From NCBI RefSeq assembly GCF_036913635.1, contig NZ_JAYKTZ010000003.1: 24,000 bases of DNA, one strand, 5' to 3'. Source of the DNA: Companilactobacillus sp. HBUAS59544. Its GTDB lineage: Bacteria > Bacillota > Bacilli > Lactobacillales > Lactobacillaceae. The notes under the pieces were generated by a model, which was not told the DNA's origin, searched no databases, and saw only the letters and a program-made list of their open reading frames with translations. Both the position numbers and the translations under genes were made by a program. Positions 17,313-24,000 of this stretch are shown here, in pieces. Numbering within the stretch: position 1 is the stretch's first letter; every line of letters begins with the position of its first letter.

Positions 17313-17326
17313 TGTAATCGATTTCA
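17313..17326 (-). promoter_or_regulatory. cre box (CcpA/HPr-Ser-P operator), perfect match
   Basis: Minus strand TGAAATCGATTACA matches 14/14 positions of TGWAANCGNTNWCA. It lies at about +1 to +14 of the predicted transcript. Confidence 0.7.
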
Positions 17327-17332
17327 TAATTT

Positions 17333-17361
17333 AGTATAATCACGATTGTATATACAATCAA
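17333..17361 (-). promoter_or_regulatory. Promoter of the glycosylasparaginase-GntR-pepV-EIIC-grdB-like-M42-M42 operon
   Basis: Minus strand: TTGATT (17361-17356), 17 nt, TATACT (17338-17333). The predicted leader is about 29 nt. Confidence 0.6.
17344..17359. promoter_or_regulatory. Perfect 16-bp palindrome GATTGTATATACAATC; candidate operator of the operon-encoded GntR/HutC regulator
   Basis: The sequence is exactly self-complementary. Its core GTATATAC fits the HutC-subfamily consensus GT-N-TA-N-AC. It overlaps the -35 hexamer and spacer of the operon promoter. Confidence 0.55.
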
Positions 17362-17528
17362 GTACAAATTATGCTGAGTTATGTAAATTTAACTTTACAA
17401 TTAGACCTTTTTTTATTTTTTTTAAGATATCTGAAATTTTTTTGCGAAATTTAATTACCTTTTACCTAAAAAAACAGAATACCGTTTCATTGGGATTTGA
17501 AATGGCATACAAAATTATTATCATAGTC

Positions 17529-17563
17529 AAAAAAAGCCCCATTTCCAATTTTTGGAAACGAGG
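17529..17563 (-). terminator. Orphan terminator-like hairpin in the divergent intergenic region, better paired on the minus-strand RNA
   Basis: Minus strand: CCTCGTTTCCAA-AAA-TTGGAAATGGGG (12 bp, two G-U pairs) followed by CTTTTTTT. On the + strand the two G-U pairs become C-A mismatches, although a TTTCTCTTTTTT tract follows. Confidence 0.4.
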
Positions 17564-17580
17564 TTTCTCTTTTTTAAGCC

Positions 17581-17593
17581 AAATACGAACAAT
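17581..17593 (+). promoter_or_regulatory. PurBox-like sequence (possible PurR site) upstream of guaD
   Basis: AAATACGAACAAT matches 12/13 positions of the lactococcal PurBox consensus AWWWCCGAACWWT (recalled from memory). Its spacing to the candidate promoter differs from the lactococcal examples. Confidence 0.25.
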
Positions 17594-17603
17594 TTACTAT
17601 TTA

Positions 17604-17633
17604 TTTACATTATCATTCATGTTAACCTAATAT
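17604..17633 (+). promoter_or_regulatory. Candidate promoter of the guaD-permease operon
   Basis: TTTACA (17604-17609), 18 nt, TAATAT (17628-17633). Confidence 0.4.
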
Positions 17634-17689
17634 TAATAAATTTAAGGAAGTGTTAGATTATCACCTATCAAATTGTTTTTGAGGGATCT

Positions 17690-18994
17690 GTGATTACCTC
17701 AGCAACATTTGACAAGGCGGATTTTACACCAAAAGCTCTTATATGTGTAGACCAGTCAGGCATTATTGACCGCGTAATTTCCGCTACTGATTCTGATTAT
17801 CAGTCTGTCAAACAAGCTGCAATTAATCAAGATACCCTTCGTATCGTTTCACCTGGTAATTATCTTTTGCCAGGTTTCACTGATTTACATATTCATGCTC
17901 CACAATGGCCTCAAGCAGGTCTTGCCCTGGATAAGCCATATAATGAATGGCTTAACACTTATACTTTCCCATTGGAAGCTAAATTTAAGGATCTAGCCTA
18001 TGCCAAGAAAGTCTATAAAAGTTTAATTAAGGAACTGTTAGCCAATGGAACAACTACTGGGCTGTTTTTCGGTTCCATTGACACTAAAGCTGATTTAGTC
18101 TTAGCTAAGATCTGTGCTGAGTATGGTCAGCGTGCGTTCATCGGCCGTGTCAACATGGACAATCCAGAACAGACACCAGATTATTATCGCGACAGTTCTT
18201 CTGCAGAAAGCATTTCTGAAACTGAAAAATTCATCCAAGAAATGTTTGCTTTACAAAAAGAAACTGGTGCGCAATTGACACCAGTAATCACGCCACGTTT
18301 TGTTCCCAGTTGTACTCCAGAGACCTTAAAGGGCTTAGGACAACTGGCCAAAAAATATGATTTGCCAATTCAATCACACTGCAGTGAAAGCATCTGGGAA
18401 GATGGTTTTGCCAAAGAGAACTTTCATCAGCGTGATGCTTCAGTCCTTGACAAATACGGACTTTTGACTGATAAAGCCGTTATGGCGCATGGTACATTAT
18501 TAAATGACGCCGATCTAAAATTATTTTCAAACCGTAAAACTGCTTTGGCACACTGCCCAATTTCCAATGTTTATTTTGGAAATCAAGTAGCGCCAATTCT
18601 TAAGGCTCATGAACAAAATGTCAAAGTTGGTCTGGGAACGGATATTTCCGGCGGTTTCTCCCCAAGCATTTACAAAAATATGCAACAAGCAATCATGTCC
18701 TCACAGATTTTAAAAGATCAAACTGATCAAAATAGTCGCTTAACTGCTAGTAACGTTTTCTATCTGGCAACGGTTGGTGGTGCAAAAGCTTTACACCTTC
18801 AAACTGGTCAAATCAAAGCCGGCTATCAAGCTGATTTACAAATAGTTTCTGATTCTTTTAGAGAAGTTGCTTCAAATCAAAGTCAGGATATTTTTGAAAG
18901 ATTGATATATCACACTAATAAAGAGAATATTTTACAAGTTTACGTCTCAGGAAAATTAGTTCATAACAATTTAGGAGAGAAAAATGGAAAATAA
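17690..18994 (+). CDS. guaD: Guanine deaminase (434 aa), GTG start
   Basis: Amidohydrolase metal motif PGFTDLHIHAPQWPQ (the HxH...PQ signature of guanine deaminases), plus SHCSES and GLGTDISGG. GAGGGA lies upstream of GTG. Confidence 0.85.
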   Translation: MITSATFDKADFTPKALICVDQSGIIDRVISATDSDYQSVKQAAINQDTLRIVSPGNYLLPGFTDLHIHAPQWPQAGLALDKPYNEWLNTYTFPLEAKFKDLAYAKKVYKSLIKELLANGTTTGLFFGSIDTKADLVLAKICAEYGQRAFIGRVNMDNPEQTPDYYRDSSSAESISETEKFIQEMFALQKETGAQLTPVITPRFVPSCTPETLKGLGQLAKKYDLPIQSHCSESIWEDGFAKENFHQRDASVLDKYGLLTDKAVMAHGTLLNDADLKLFSNRKTALAHCPISNVYFGNQVAPILKAHEQNVKVGLGTDISGGFSPSIYKNMQQAIMSSQILKDQTDQNSRLTASNVFYLATVGGAKALHLQTGQIKAGYQADLQIVSDSFREVASNQSQDIFERLIYHTNKENILQVYVSGKLVHNNLGEKNGK

Positions 18995-20327
18995 AAAAAG
19001 TACCTTATTAGTTGGTCCTGATGATAAAATCGGCGCAACTGAAGCTGGTTTCTTAGGATTACAACATGTCTTAGCAATGGATATTTACGTTCCACCAATT
19101 ATTCTAGCCGGAATGATGGCCATGGGTGTCGGCGACCAAATGAATCTGCTCCAGTCTACTTTCTTAGCGGCTGGTATTGGTACGATTTTACAAACTTTCG
19201 TCTTCATGAAAATGCCTGTTTCACAAGGTCCATCTTTTGTTCCACTCGGAGCTGCGGCCGGAGTTGTTTTAGGTTCAGGTGGCCTCAGAGGTAATGGTAT
19301 GGGTACCTTGATCGGTGCCTTATTGGTTGGTTCCATAATTTTAATTATCTTAGGTGCAACCGGAATCTTCCAAAAGATCATCAACAAACTTGTCCCTGCC
19401 CTCGTTGGAGGTACGATCATCACTTGTGTTGGATTGTCGCTGATTCCAACTGCTTTAAACAGTAATATTTTCAATGCTCCAGGAAATATCAATAAAAATA
19501 TGATTTTGGCAGCTGTAACTGCTTTAACTTTGTTAGTTTCAGTCGCAATTAGTTTGAAATTTAAAAAAGTTGAACGTTTCTTTAGAACTAGTTCAATTAT
19601 CTTAGCGCTAGGTGTTGGAACTCTTGTTTCAACTATGATGGGAATGTTTGACTGGAAAACAGTTACGAGCGCTCCTTGGTTTGGTCTTCCAAATGGAACT
19701 ATTCTACATTGGGGTATCAATTTCTCACCTTCAGCAATCATCACTTTTATCATCATCTATGCTGTTATCACAACTGAAACAACTGGTACTTGGTTTGCCA
19801 TGGGTGCTGTAACTAATCATGAAATCACTGACAAACAATGGAATCACGGTATCATCGGTGAAGGTTTAAGTTGTATGGTAGCCGCACTTCTTGGTACAAC
19901 TCCAGTTACAGGTTACTCAACTAATGCCGGTGTTATCTCTATTACTGGTGTTGCTTCAAAACGGGTTTTCTTATTTGCTGGAATCTGGTTCTCAATCTTA
20001 GGTTTCTTCAGTAAATTATCAGCCTTTCTAGCTGCAATCCCTGCCCCTGTTATCGGTGGTGTCTTTGCAATTATCACTGTAACTATCATGCTAAACGGTT
20101 TGAATGTTATTCGTGGAATTGAAACGACTGATCGTGATCTTTATATCATTGGAGTTCCAATTATCTTAACGTTAGCTTTAGTTCTACTACCTGCTAATGT
20201 AACTAAGAATGCTCCACAAATTATTCAATACTTATTAGGTTCACCAATCGCTGTTGCTGCAATCGCGGCAATTATCTTAAATCTTGTTATGCCTAAACAA
20301 TCAGCTAAACAAGTTAAGACAGCCTAA
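18984..20327 (+). CDS. NCS2/NAT-family nucleobase:cation symporter (xanthine/uracil-permease-like, 447 aa)
   Basis: About 13 TM segments and a NAT-signature-like YSTNAGVISITGVASKR. AGGAGA RBS. It overlaps guaD by 11 nt, implying co-translation. Confidence 0.85.
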   Translation: MENKKSTLLVGPDDKIGATEAGFLGLQHVLAMDIYVPPIILAGMMAMGVGDQMNLLQSTFLAAGIGTILQTFVFMKMPVSQGPSFVPLGAAAGVVLGSGGLRGNGMGTLIGALLVGSIILIILGATGIFQKIINKLVPALVGGTIITCVGLSLIPTALNSNIFNAPGNINKNMILAAVTALTLLVSVAISLKFKKVERFFRTSSIILALGVGTLVSTMMGMFDWKTVTSAPWFGLPNGTILHWGINFSPSAIITFIIIYAVITTETTGTWFAMGAVTNHEITDKQWNHGIIGEGLSCMVAALLGTTPVTGYSTNAGVISITGVASKRVFLFAGIWFSILGFFSKLSAFLAAIPAPVIGGVFAIITVTIMLNGLNVIRGIETTDRDLYIIGVPIILTLALVLLPANVTKNAPQIIQYLLGSPIAVAAIAAIILNLVMPKQSAKQVKTA

Positions 20328-20330
20328 GCC

Positions 20331-20380
20331 AAAAAAATAGCATCTATTCAATTAACAATGAATAGATGCTATTTTTTTTC
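20331..20380. terminator. Bidirectional intrinsic terminator between the convergent permease and GGDEF genes
   Basis: AAAAAAA-ATAGCATCTATTCA-loop-TGAATAGATGCTAT-TTTTTTTT: a perfect 14-bp stem flanked by an A-run and a T-run. Confidence 0.9.
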
Positions 20381-20385
20381 ATATA

Positions 20386-21513
20386 TCACAACGCCGTAAT
20401 CTGTTTACGCCCATTTCTTTTAGAGTGATAAAGATTGCCATCAACACGCGAATAGAAATCATTTGGCTGAGCATCTTTTTTAGAGATCATCGACACTCCA
20501 ACTGAAATTGTGATATTGATTTTTTGCCCATTAACTTCTACATCAATATGATTTAAAGCGGCAAAAATTTGATGCACGATTGGTTCGGTCGCCTCTAAAT
20601 CATAACCGGGAAAGATGACGTTAAATTCTTCGCCACCTGTTCGATAAAGTTTAACATTCGGGTCATTTTCAGAAATCACAGTTTCAACGACATCAACTAC
20701 ATGTTGCAAAACTTTATCACCGGCCAAGTGACCATAAGTATCATTAACTTGTTTGAAGTGATCAATGTCGAACATCATCATTGAAAGATCAAGTTTGTTG
20801 ACCGTGCTATCGCTAAACAGATGATCCATTTCTGCTTTATAGGCGGCAAAATTTTCCGTCTTCGTTAGAGCATCATGATTAGCAAACTTCAACAGTTTAA
20901 GCTTTAATTGACTGTCACGCAAAATCATCCCTACGTAACTGTAAAGTAAAGCTTCAAAAATAATTAAATATAACCATTCTTGTAAATACGTTGACCATGT
21001 AAAATCAAATTTTAATTTCATGAAGAACCACAAGAGTGCCCCAAAGAACGTTCCCAAAAACATATAATTAATAAAGGAATGTTTTACCGCTTGATTTCGA
21101 CGTAATTGATTCATGCTGAGGTAAAACAACATTAAAGTGAATCCATGACACCATGACTCCCAGTAACCAATTGAGCCATTGAACATCATATATAAAATCA
21201 TAATTGGAAAAAATACCAAAAACGGAACTTTAATATTTAAGAAATAAGCACAAAAGACCAAGGCGATTAATTGAAAATTCATAAACTGCCAAGAAATCGG
21301 TGTCCCGACAAGCGTCGCTTGCATACTGAAGATAAAAATCAACATGTACAAGACTCCGAAGGCTGAATTTAATTTGTCATCATCTACATTTATTTTTTTA
21401 GAATGTAGAAACGTTTTTAAACCGTCATAAAGAACTTGATAAAGTGTGAAGATTCCTAAAATGAAGAAAACACCCGTTATAAAAGGTGAAACGTGCCAAA
21501 TCGACCAAGTCAA
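20386..21513 (-). CDS. Membrane-anchored diguanylate cyclase (multi-TM N-terminal domain + GGDEF, 375 aa), TTG start
   Basis: HDALTKTENF, FDIDHFKQVNDTYGHLAGD and YRTGGEEFNVIFPG. There are 6-7 predicted TM helices. Start moved to TTG 21513 (MTWSIWHVSPF) by analogy with the paralog; both have GGAGG 11 nt upstream. Confidence 0.85.
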   Translation of the reverse strand: MTWSIWHVSPFITGVFFILGIFTLYQVLYDGLKTFLHSKKINVDDDKLNSAFGVLYMLIFIFSMQATLVGTPISWQFMNFQLIALVFCAYFLNIKVPFLVFFPIMILYMMFNGSIGYWESWCHGFTLMLFYLSMNQLRRNQAVKHSFINYMFLGTFFGALLWFFMKLKFDFTWSTYLQEWLYLIIFEALLYSYVGMILRDSQLKLKLLKFANHDALTKTENFAAYKAEMDHLFSDSTVNKLDLSMMMFDIDHFKQVNDTYGHLAGDKVLQHVVDVVETVISENDPNVKLYRTGGEEFNVIFPGYDLEATEPIVHQIFAALNHIDVEVNGQKINITISVGVSMISKKDAQPNDFYSRVDGNLYHSKRNGRKQITAL

Positions 21514-21579
21514 GAATGCGATAACCTCCAACTTTATATTCTTTTTTAAAATTATATTTATATTTTATAATAATAGCAC

Positions 21580-21620
21580 AAAAAAACTCACTACCCTCGA
21601 AAATTCGATGAAGTAGTGAA
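21580..21620 (-). terminator. Intrinsic terminator between the two GGDEF genes
   Basis: Minus strand: TTCACTAC...TCGAATTTTCGA...GTAGTGAG followed by TTTTTTT, directly after the stop of the upstream paralog. Confidence 0.6.
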
Positions 21621-21625
21621 ATTTT

Positions 21626-22753
21626 TTAAATAGCCGTAATCTGCATCCGACCATTGTTTTTCGATTGATAAAGATTCTCATCCACCCGACCATACAAATC
21701 GTTAGGATGAAGATCATCTTCAGAAATCTCGGAAACACCGACCGAAATCGAAATGGTAATTTCATTTCCATTGTATTCTACTGGCAAGTGATTAACTGCC
21801 GAAAAAATCTCCTGCACAATCATTTTTGTTGAATCAAGATCATAACCTGGAAAAACAATATTGAATTCCTCCCCACCAGTCCGATAAAACTTGACCGAAG
21901 GATCGTTCTCATTGATTACTGTTGATACAACGTCCGCTACCTGCTGTAAAACCTTGTCTCCTGCCAAATGCCCATAAGTATCATTAACCTGCTTAAAATG
22001 GTCAATATCAAACATCATCATCGACAGATGTAACTTATTATGACGACTATTACTGAAAACGTATTTCATCTCGGAATCATAAGCTGCGTAATTAGAAATT
22101 TTGGTTAAGGCATCATGATTAGCAAATTCGACTAGCCGTAATTTTAATTTGCTATCACGCAAAATCATATTGACGTAACTATAAAGTAAGATTTCAAAAA
22201 TCATCATATATGACCACTCTTCTAGCGTTATCCTGAAACTTAAATCAAATTTCAAGGCGACAAATGTCCACAATAAAATTCCAGAAACTATGCCAGTTAT
22301 AAGATAGTCAATAAATTGATGTTTTTCATTTTGAATACGATGAATCCGATTAAAAGTATCATATGTCACAATAACAGTCCAAGCATGACACCATGATTCC
22401 CAATAACCAAATGAACCATTGATCGTCATATATACCAAAACAATTGGAATAAAATAACGCAGTGGTACTTTGATATTTAAAAAGTAAGCACAAAAAACTA
22501 ATGCAATGATTTGAAAATTCATAAATTGCCAGGAAATTGCTTTACCCGACAAAGAAGCTTGCATACTAAAAATAAAGATCAACATGTAAAAAATACCGAA
22601 AACCGAGTTCAAATGATCTTCGTCAATTTTAAACTTTTTTAAGTTAAAAAATGATTTCAACCAATCATATAAAACTTCATACAAAGTGAATACACCCAGA
22701 ATAAAGAAAATACTGGTAATAAACGGTGATACGTGCCATACATGCCATGTCAA
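21626..22753 (-). CDS. Membrane-anchored diguanylate cyclase, tandem paralog (375 aa), TTG start
   Basis: Same architecture and length as 20386-21513. YRTGGEEFNIVFPG and FDIDHFKQVNDTYGHLAGD. By eye roughly two-thirds amino-acid identity along the whole length. Confidence 0.85.
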   Translation of the reverse strand: MTWHVWHVSPFITSIFFILGVFTLYEVLYDWLKSFFNLKKFKIDEDHLNSVFGIFYMLIFIFSMQASLSGKAISWQFMNFQIIALVFCAYFLNIKVPLRYFIPIVLVYMTINGSFGYWESWCHAWTVIVTYDTFNRIHRIQNEKHQFIDYLITGIVSGILLWTFVALKFDLSFRITLEEWSYMMIFEILLYSYVNMILRDSKLKLRLVEFANHDALTKISNYAAYDSEMKYVFSNSRHNKLHLSMMMFDIDHFKQVNDTYGHLAGDKVLQQVADVVSTVINENDPSVKFYRTGGEEFNIVFPGYDLDSTKMIVQEIFSAVNHLPVEYNGNEITISISVGVSEISEDDLHPNDLYGRVDENLYQSKNNGRMQITAI

Positions 22754-22894
22754 TAATTATTAAACCTCCCATCAGTTTTTCCCTCTATAAGAAACTATAC
22801 CCATGACAAGAATACTATATTTTTTTACTTTTTCATTATTTAAAAGAATATTCACTGATTTATTTTTCAATAACATTTTGAAATTTACTAAAAC

Positions 22895-24000
22895 TTAAAA
22901 ATAATCAATTAATTCTGGCTTTTTTTGAACTAAAACTTTATCCAAATCTTGAATTTTTTTAGTGTCACCTTTGATAAATCCATAGTCAGCTAATGATTCT
23001 AGAGAACGATAGCCAAACATGGCTTTGGTCAAATTCTGGATAGTTAATTCAATGTTTGCTGCCTCACCATCCGCAATTTTAATGGTAACTTTTTTATCAC
23101 GAACACTAATTTTCCATGTATGAGCATTCCATTCCAAAGTATCTTCTACTTTAATGAAAACTTCATCTAAATCATTTTGAACAGGATAACGTGTAAAGAA
23201 GTCTTCTAAATTAACAATTCTAGCCATCATATATGGCGTAACGGTCAATTCAGCAGAATATGGATCAGTTAGAAGATCAGCTTTAAAATCAGGATCTGGA
23301 GATTCAAAAATAAATTTCTTGAAAATCGATTGATGCTTAGTAACAAACTTAGCCAGCAATTGACGGCTCAAAGGATTCAAATTGACCCATTCATGAATGT
23401 AAAAATTCTCCTGTTCATGATAATAAATCATATAACCAATTAAAATATCGTCTTTATTATAAGCTAGTGCCACTTTATGATCAGCGTGTTTATCGATCAT
23501 GTGATCCCACCACCATTGTGAACGATTAACTCCGCCCAAATGATTTTGATCCAAATAGAGTTTTTTCATTTCATCAGGGATATCTTTGACATCGATCCGT
23601 TCAACATAACCTTTATTGCTACTCTTAATGCGAGGCAATTTATCATTTTCAATCACTACTTGTGTATGGTCGAAGACTTGTTCATATCCAAATTGACGAT
23701 AGTACCCGAAAGAAAATGGTGCTAAATAAGATAATGTGACTTCATTTTTATACATATCAAACAATGCTTGATCAAGCATTTTAGATGCTCCACCACGACC
23801 ACCAAATTCAGGAGCACTCATTACATCACCAATTCCGTTCATTTTGAAGTCAACTCCATGAAAGTTAACGTCAAACGGAATACTGAATAAACCACTACCT
23901 AATTTTTTGCCATTCATTAAACCGTAAACTAATGAATGATCATATCTTTCTTTAAAGACACGTTTTCTATCTGTGGAATCTTCGCGATTAAATGAGTAAA
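22895..24000 (-). CDS. Eis-like GNAT N-acetyltransferase with C-terminal SCP2-like domain; N-terminus beyond the window end
   Basis: The frame stays open upstream of the track's Met (…YSFNREDSTDRKRVFKERYDHSLVYGLMNGKKLG…) to position 23998. GNAT motif A-like FGGRGGASKML. Length and layout fit Eis/COG4552-type proteins. Confidence 0.65.
   Translation of the reverse strand, partial: YSFNREDSTDRKRVFKERYDHSLVYGLMNGKKLGSGLFSIPFDVNFHGVDFKMNGIGDVMSAPEFGGRGGASKMLDQALFDMYKNEVTLSYLAPFSFGYYRQFGYEQVFDHTQVVIENDKLPRIKSSNKGYVERIDVKDIPDEMKKLYLDQNHLGGVNRSQWWWDHMIDKHADHKVALAYNKDDILIGYMIYYHEQENFYIHEWVNLNPLSRQLLAKFVTKHQSIFKKFIFESPDPDFKADLLTDPYSAELTVTPYMMARIVNLEDFFTRYPVQNDLDEVFIKVEDTLEWNAHTWKISVRDKKVTIKIADGEAANIELTIQNLTKAMFGYRSLESLADYGFIKGDTKKIQDLDKVLVQKKPELIDYF

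Noticed and set aside
17346-17630. 94-aa + strand ORF in the guaD/operon intergenic spacer
   Set aside because: The product is low-complexity and Phe/Ile/Lys-rich. It spans T-tracts and the hairpin, has no RBS, and starts inside the palindromic operator. It is most likely non-coding.
17362-17689. Guanine/purine riboswitch upstream of guaD
   Set aside because: I looked for the conserved core (TATAAT...GGATATGG...GTTTCTACC...CCGTAAAT...GACTA) on the + strand and did not find it. The TATAATCACGATTG...CAATC stretch is superficially similar, but it lacks the J2/3 and P3 elements.
17576-17689. Tiny minus-strand ORF ATGAATGATAATGTAAATAAATAG (MNDNVNK) upstream of the orphan hairpin, as a leader peptide
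   Set aside because: There is no convincing RBS or promoter. Seven codons in AT-rich DNA are expected by chance.
19085-19756. 223-aa ORF antisense to the NCS2 permease
   Set aside because: It lies entirely inside a well-supported permease gene. The product is Pro/Lys/Ile-rich shadow sequence, with no RBS or motif. This is typical of antisense frames of membrane-protein genes.
21565-21771. 68-aa minus-strand ORF overlapping the 3' end of the upstream GGDEF gene
   Set aside because: It is an out-of-frame overlap with the conserved GGDEF C-terminus and runs across the terminator hairpin. It has no support.
1-24000. CRISPR arrays, IS/transposase, integrase, toxin-antitoxin, restriction-modification or other defence genes
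   Set aside because: There are no direct-repeat/spacer arrays, no terminal inverted repeats flanking ORFs, and no ORF with nuclease, ATPase or transposase motifs. Every long ORF is accounted for by metabolic, transport or signalling families.

Overview
This is a 24-kb chromosomal segment from a low-GC Gram-positive bacterium. Gene content, GGAGG-type RBSs, a cre box and hairpin plus T-run terminators fit Lactobacillales, but I cannot name the species from sequence alone. I support 24 genes: 21 intact CDS, 1 pseudogene and 2 CDS cut by the window edges. I found no rRNA, tRNA, CRISPR array, IS element, prophage or recognisable defence genes. Order, left to right: (1) partial nupC nucleoside transporter (-), missing from the ORF track and found by manual translation. 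(2) Aldo/keto reductase (+). (3) An FMN-riboswitch-controlled riboflavin operon, ribD-ribE-ribBA-ribH (-), in which ribE carries one in-frame TAA nonsense codon. (4) A peptidase-C26 / class-I glutamine amidotransferase-like hydrolase (-). (5) dhaK-dhaL-dhaM, the PTS-dependent dihydroxyacetone kinase (-). (6) Two translationally coupled Cof-type HAD phosphatases (-). (7) A seven-gene minus-strand operon: glycosylasparaginase-type Ntn hydrolase, GntR/HutC regulator, PepV-like M20 dipeptidase, orphan Lac/Chb-type PTS EIIC, a stand-alone GrdB-N-terminal-like protein, an M42 aminopeptidase, and a second M42 paralog with degenerate metal ligands. It is driven by a promoter carrying a perfect 16-bp GntR-type palindrome and a perfect cre box, and it ends in a strong terminator. 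(8) A divergent guanine deaminase plus NCS2 nucleobase permease operon (+). (9) Two tandem paralogous multi-TM GGDEF diguanylate cyclases (-). (10) A partial Eis-like GNAT acetyltransferase (-). The best candidate for an undescribed system is operon (7). I interpret it as a PTS-dependent route for glyco-amino acids or glycopeptides (for example GlcNAc-Asn from N-glycan cores). It links peptidases, a glycosylasparaginase and a GrdB-like protein of unknown function. All functional calls rest on motif recognition by eye; no database search was run.
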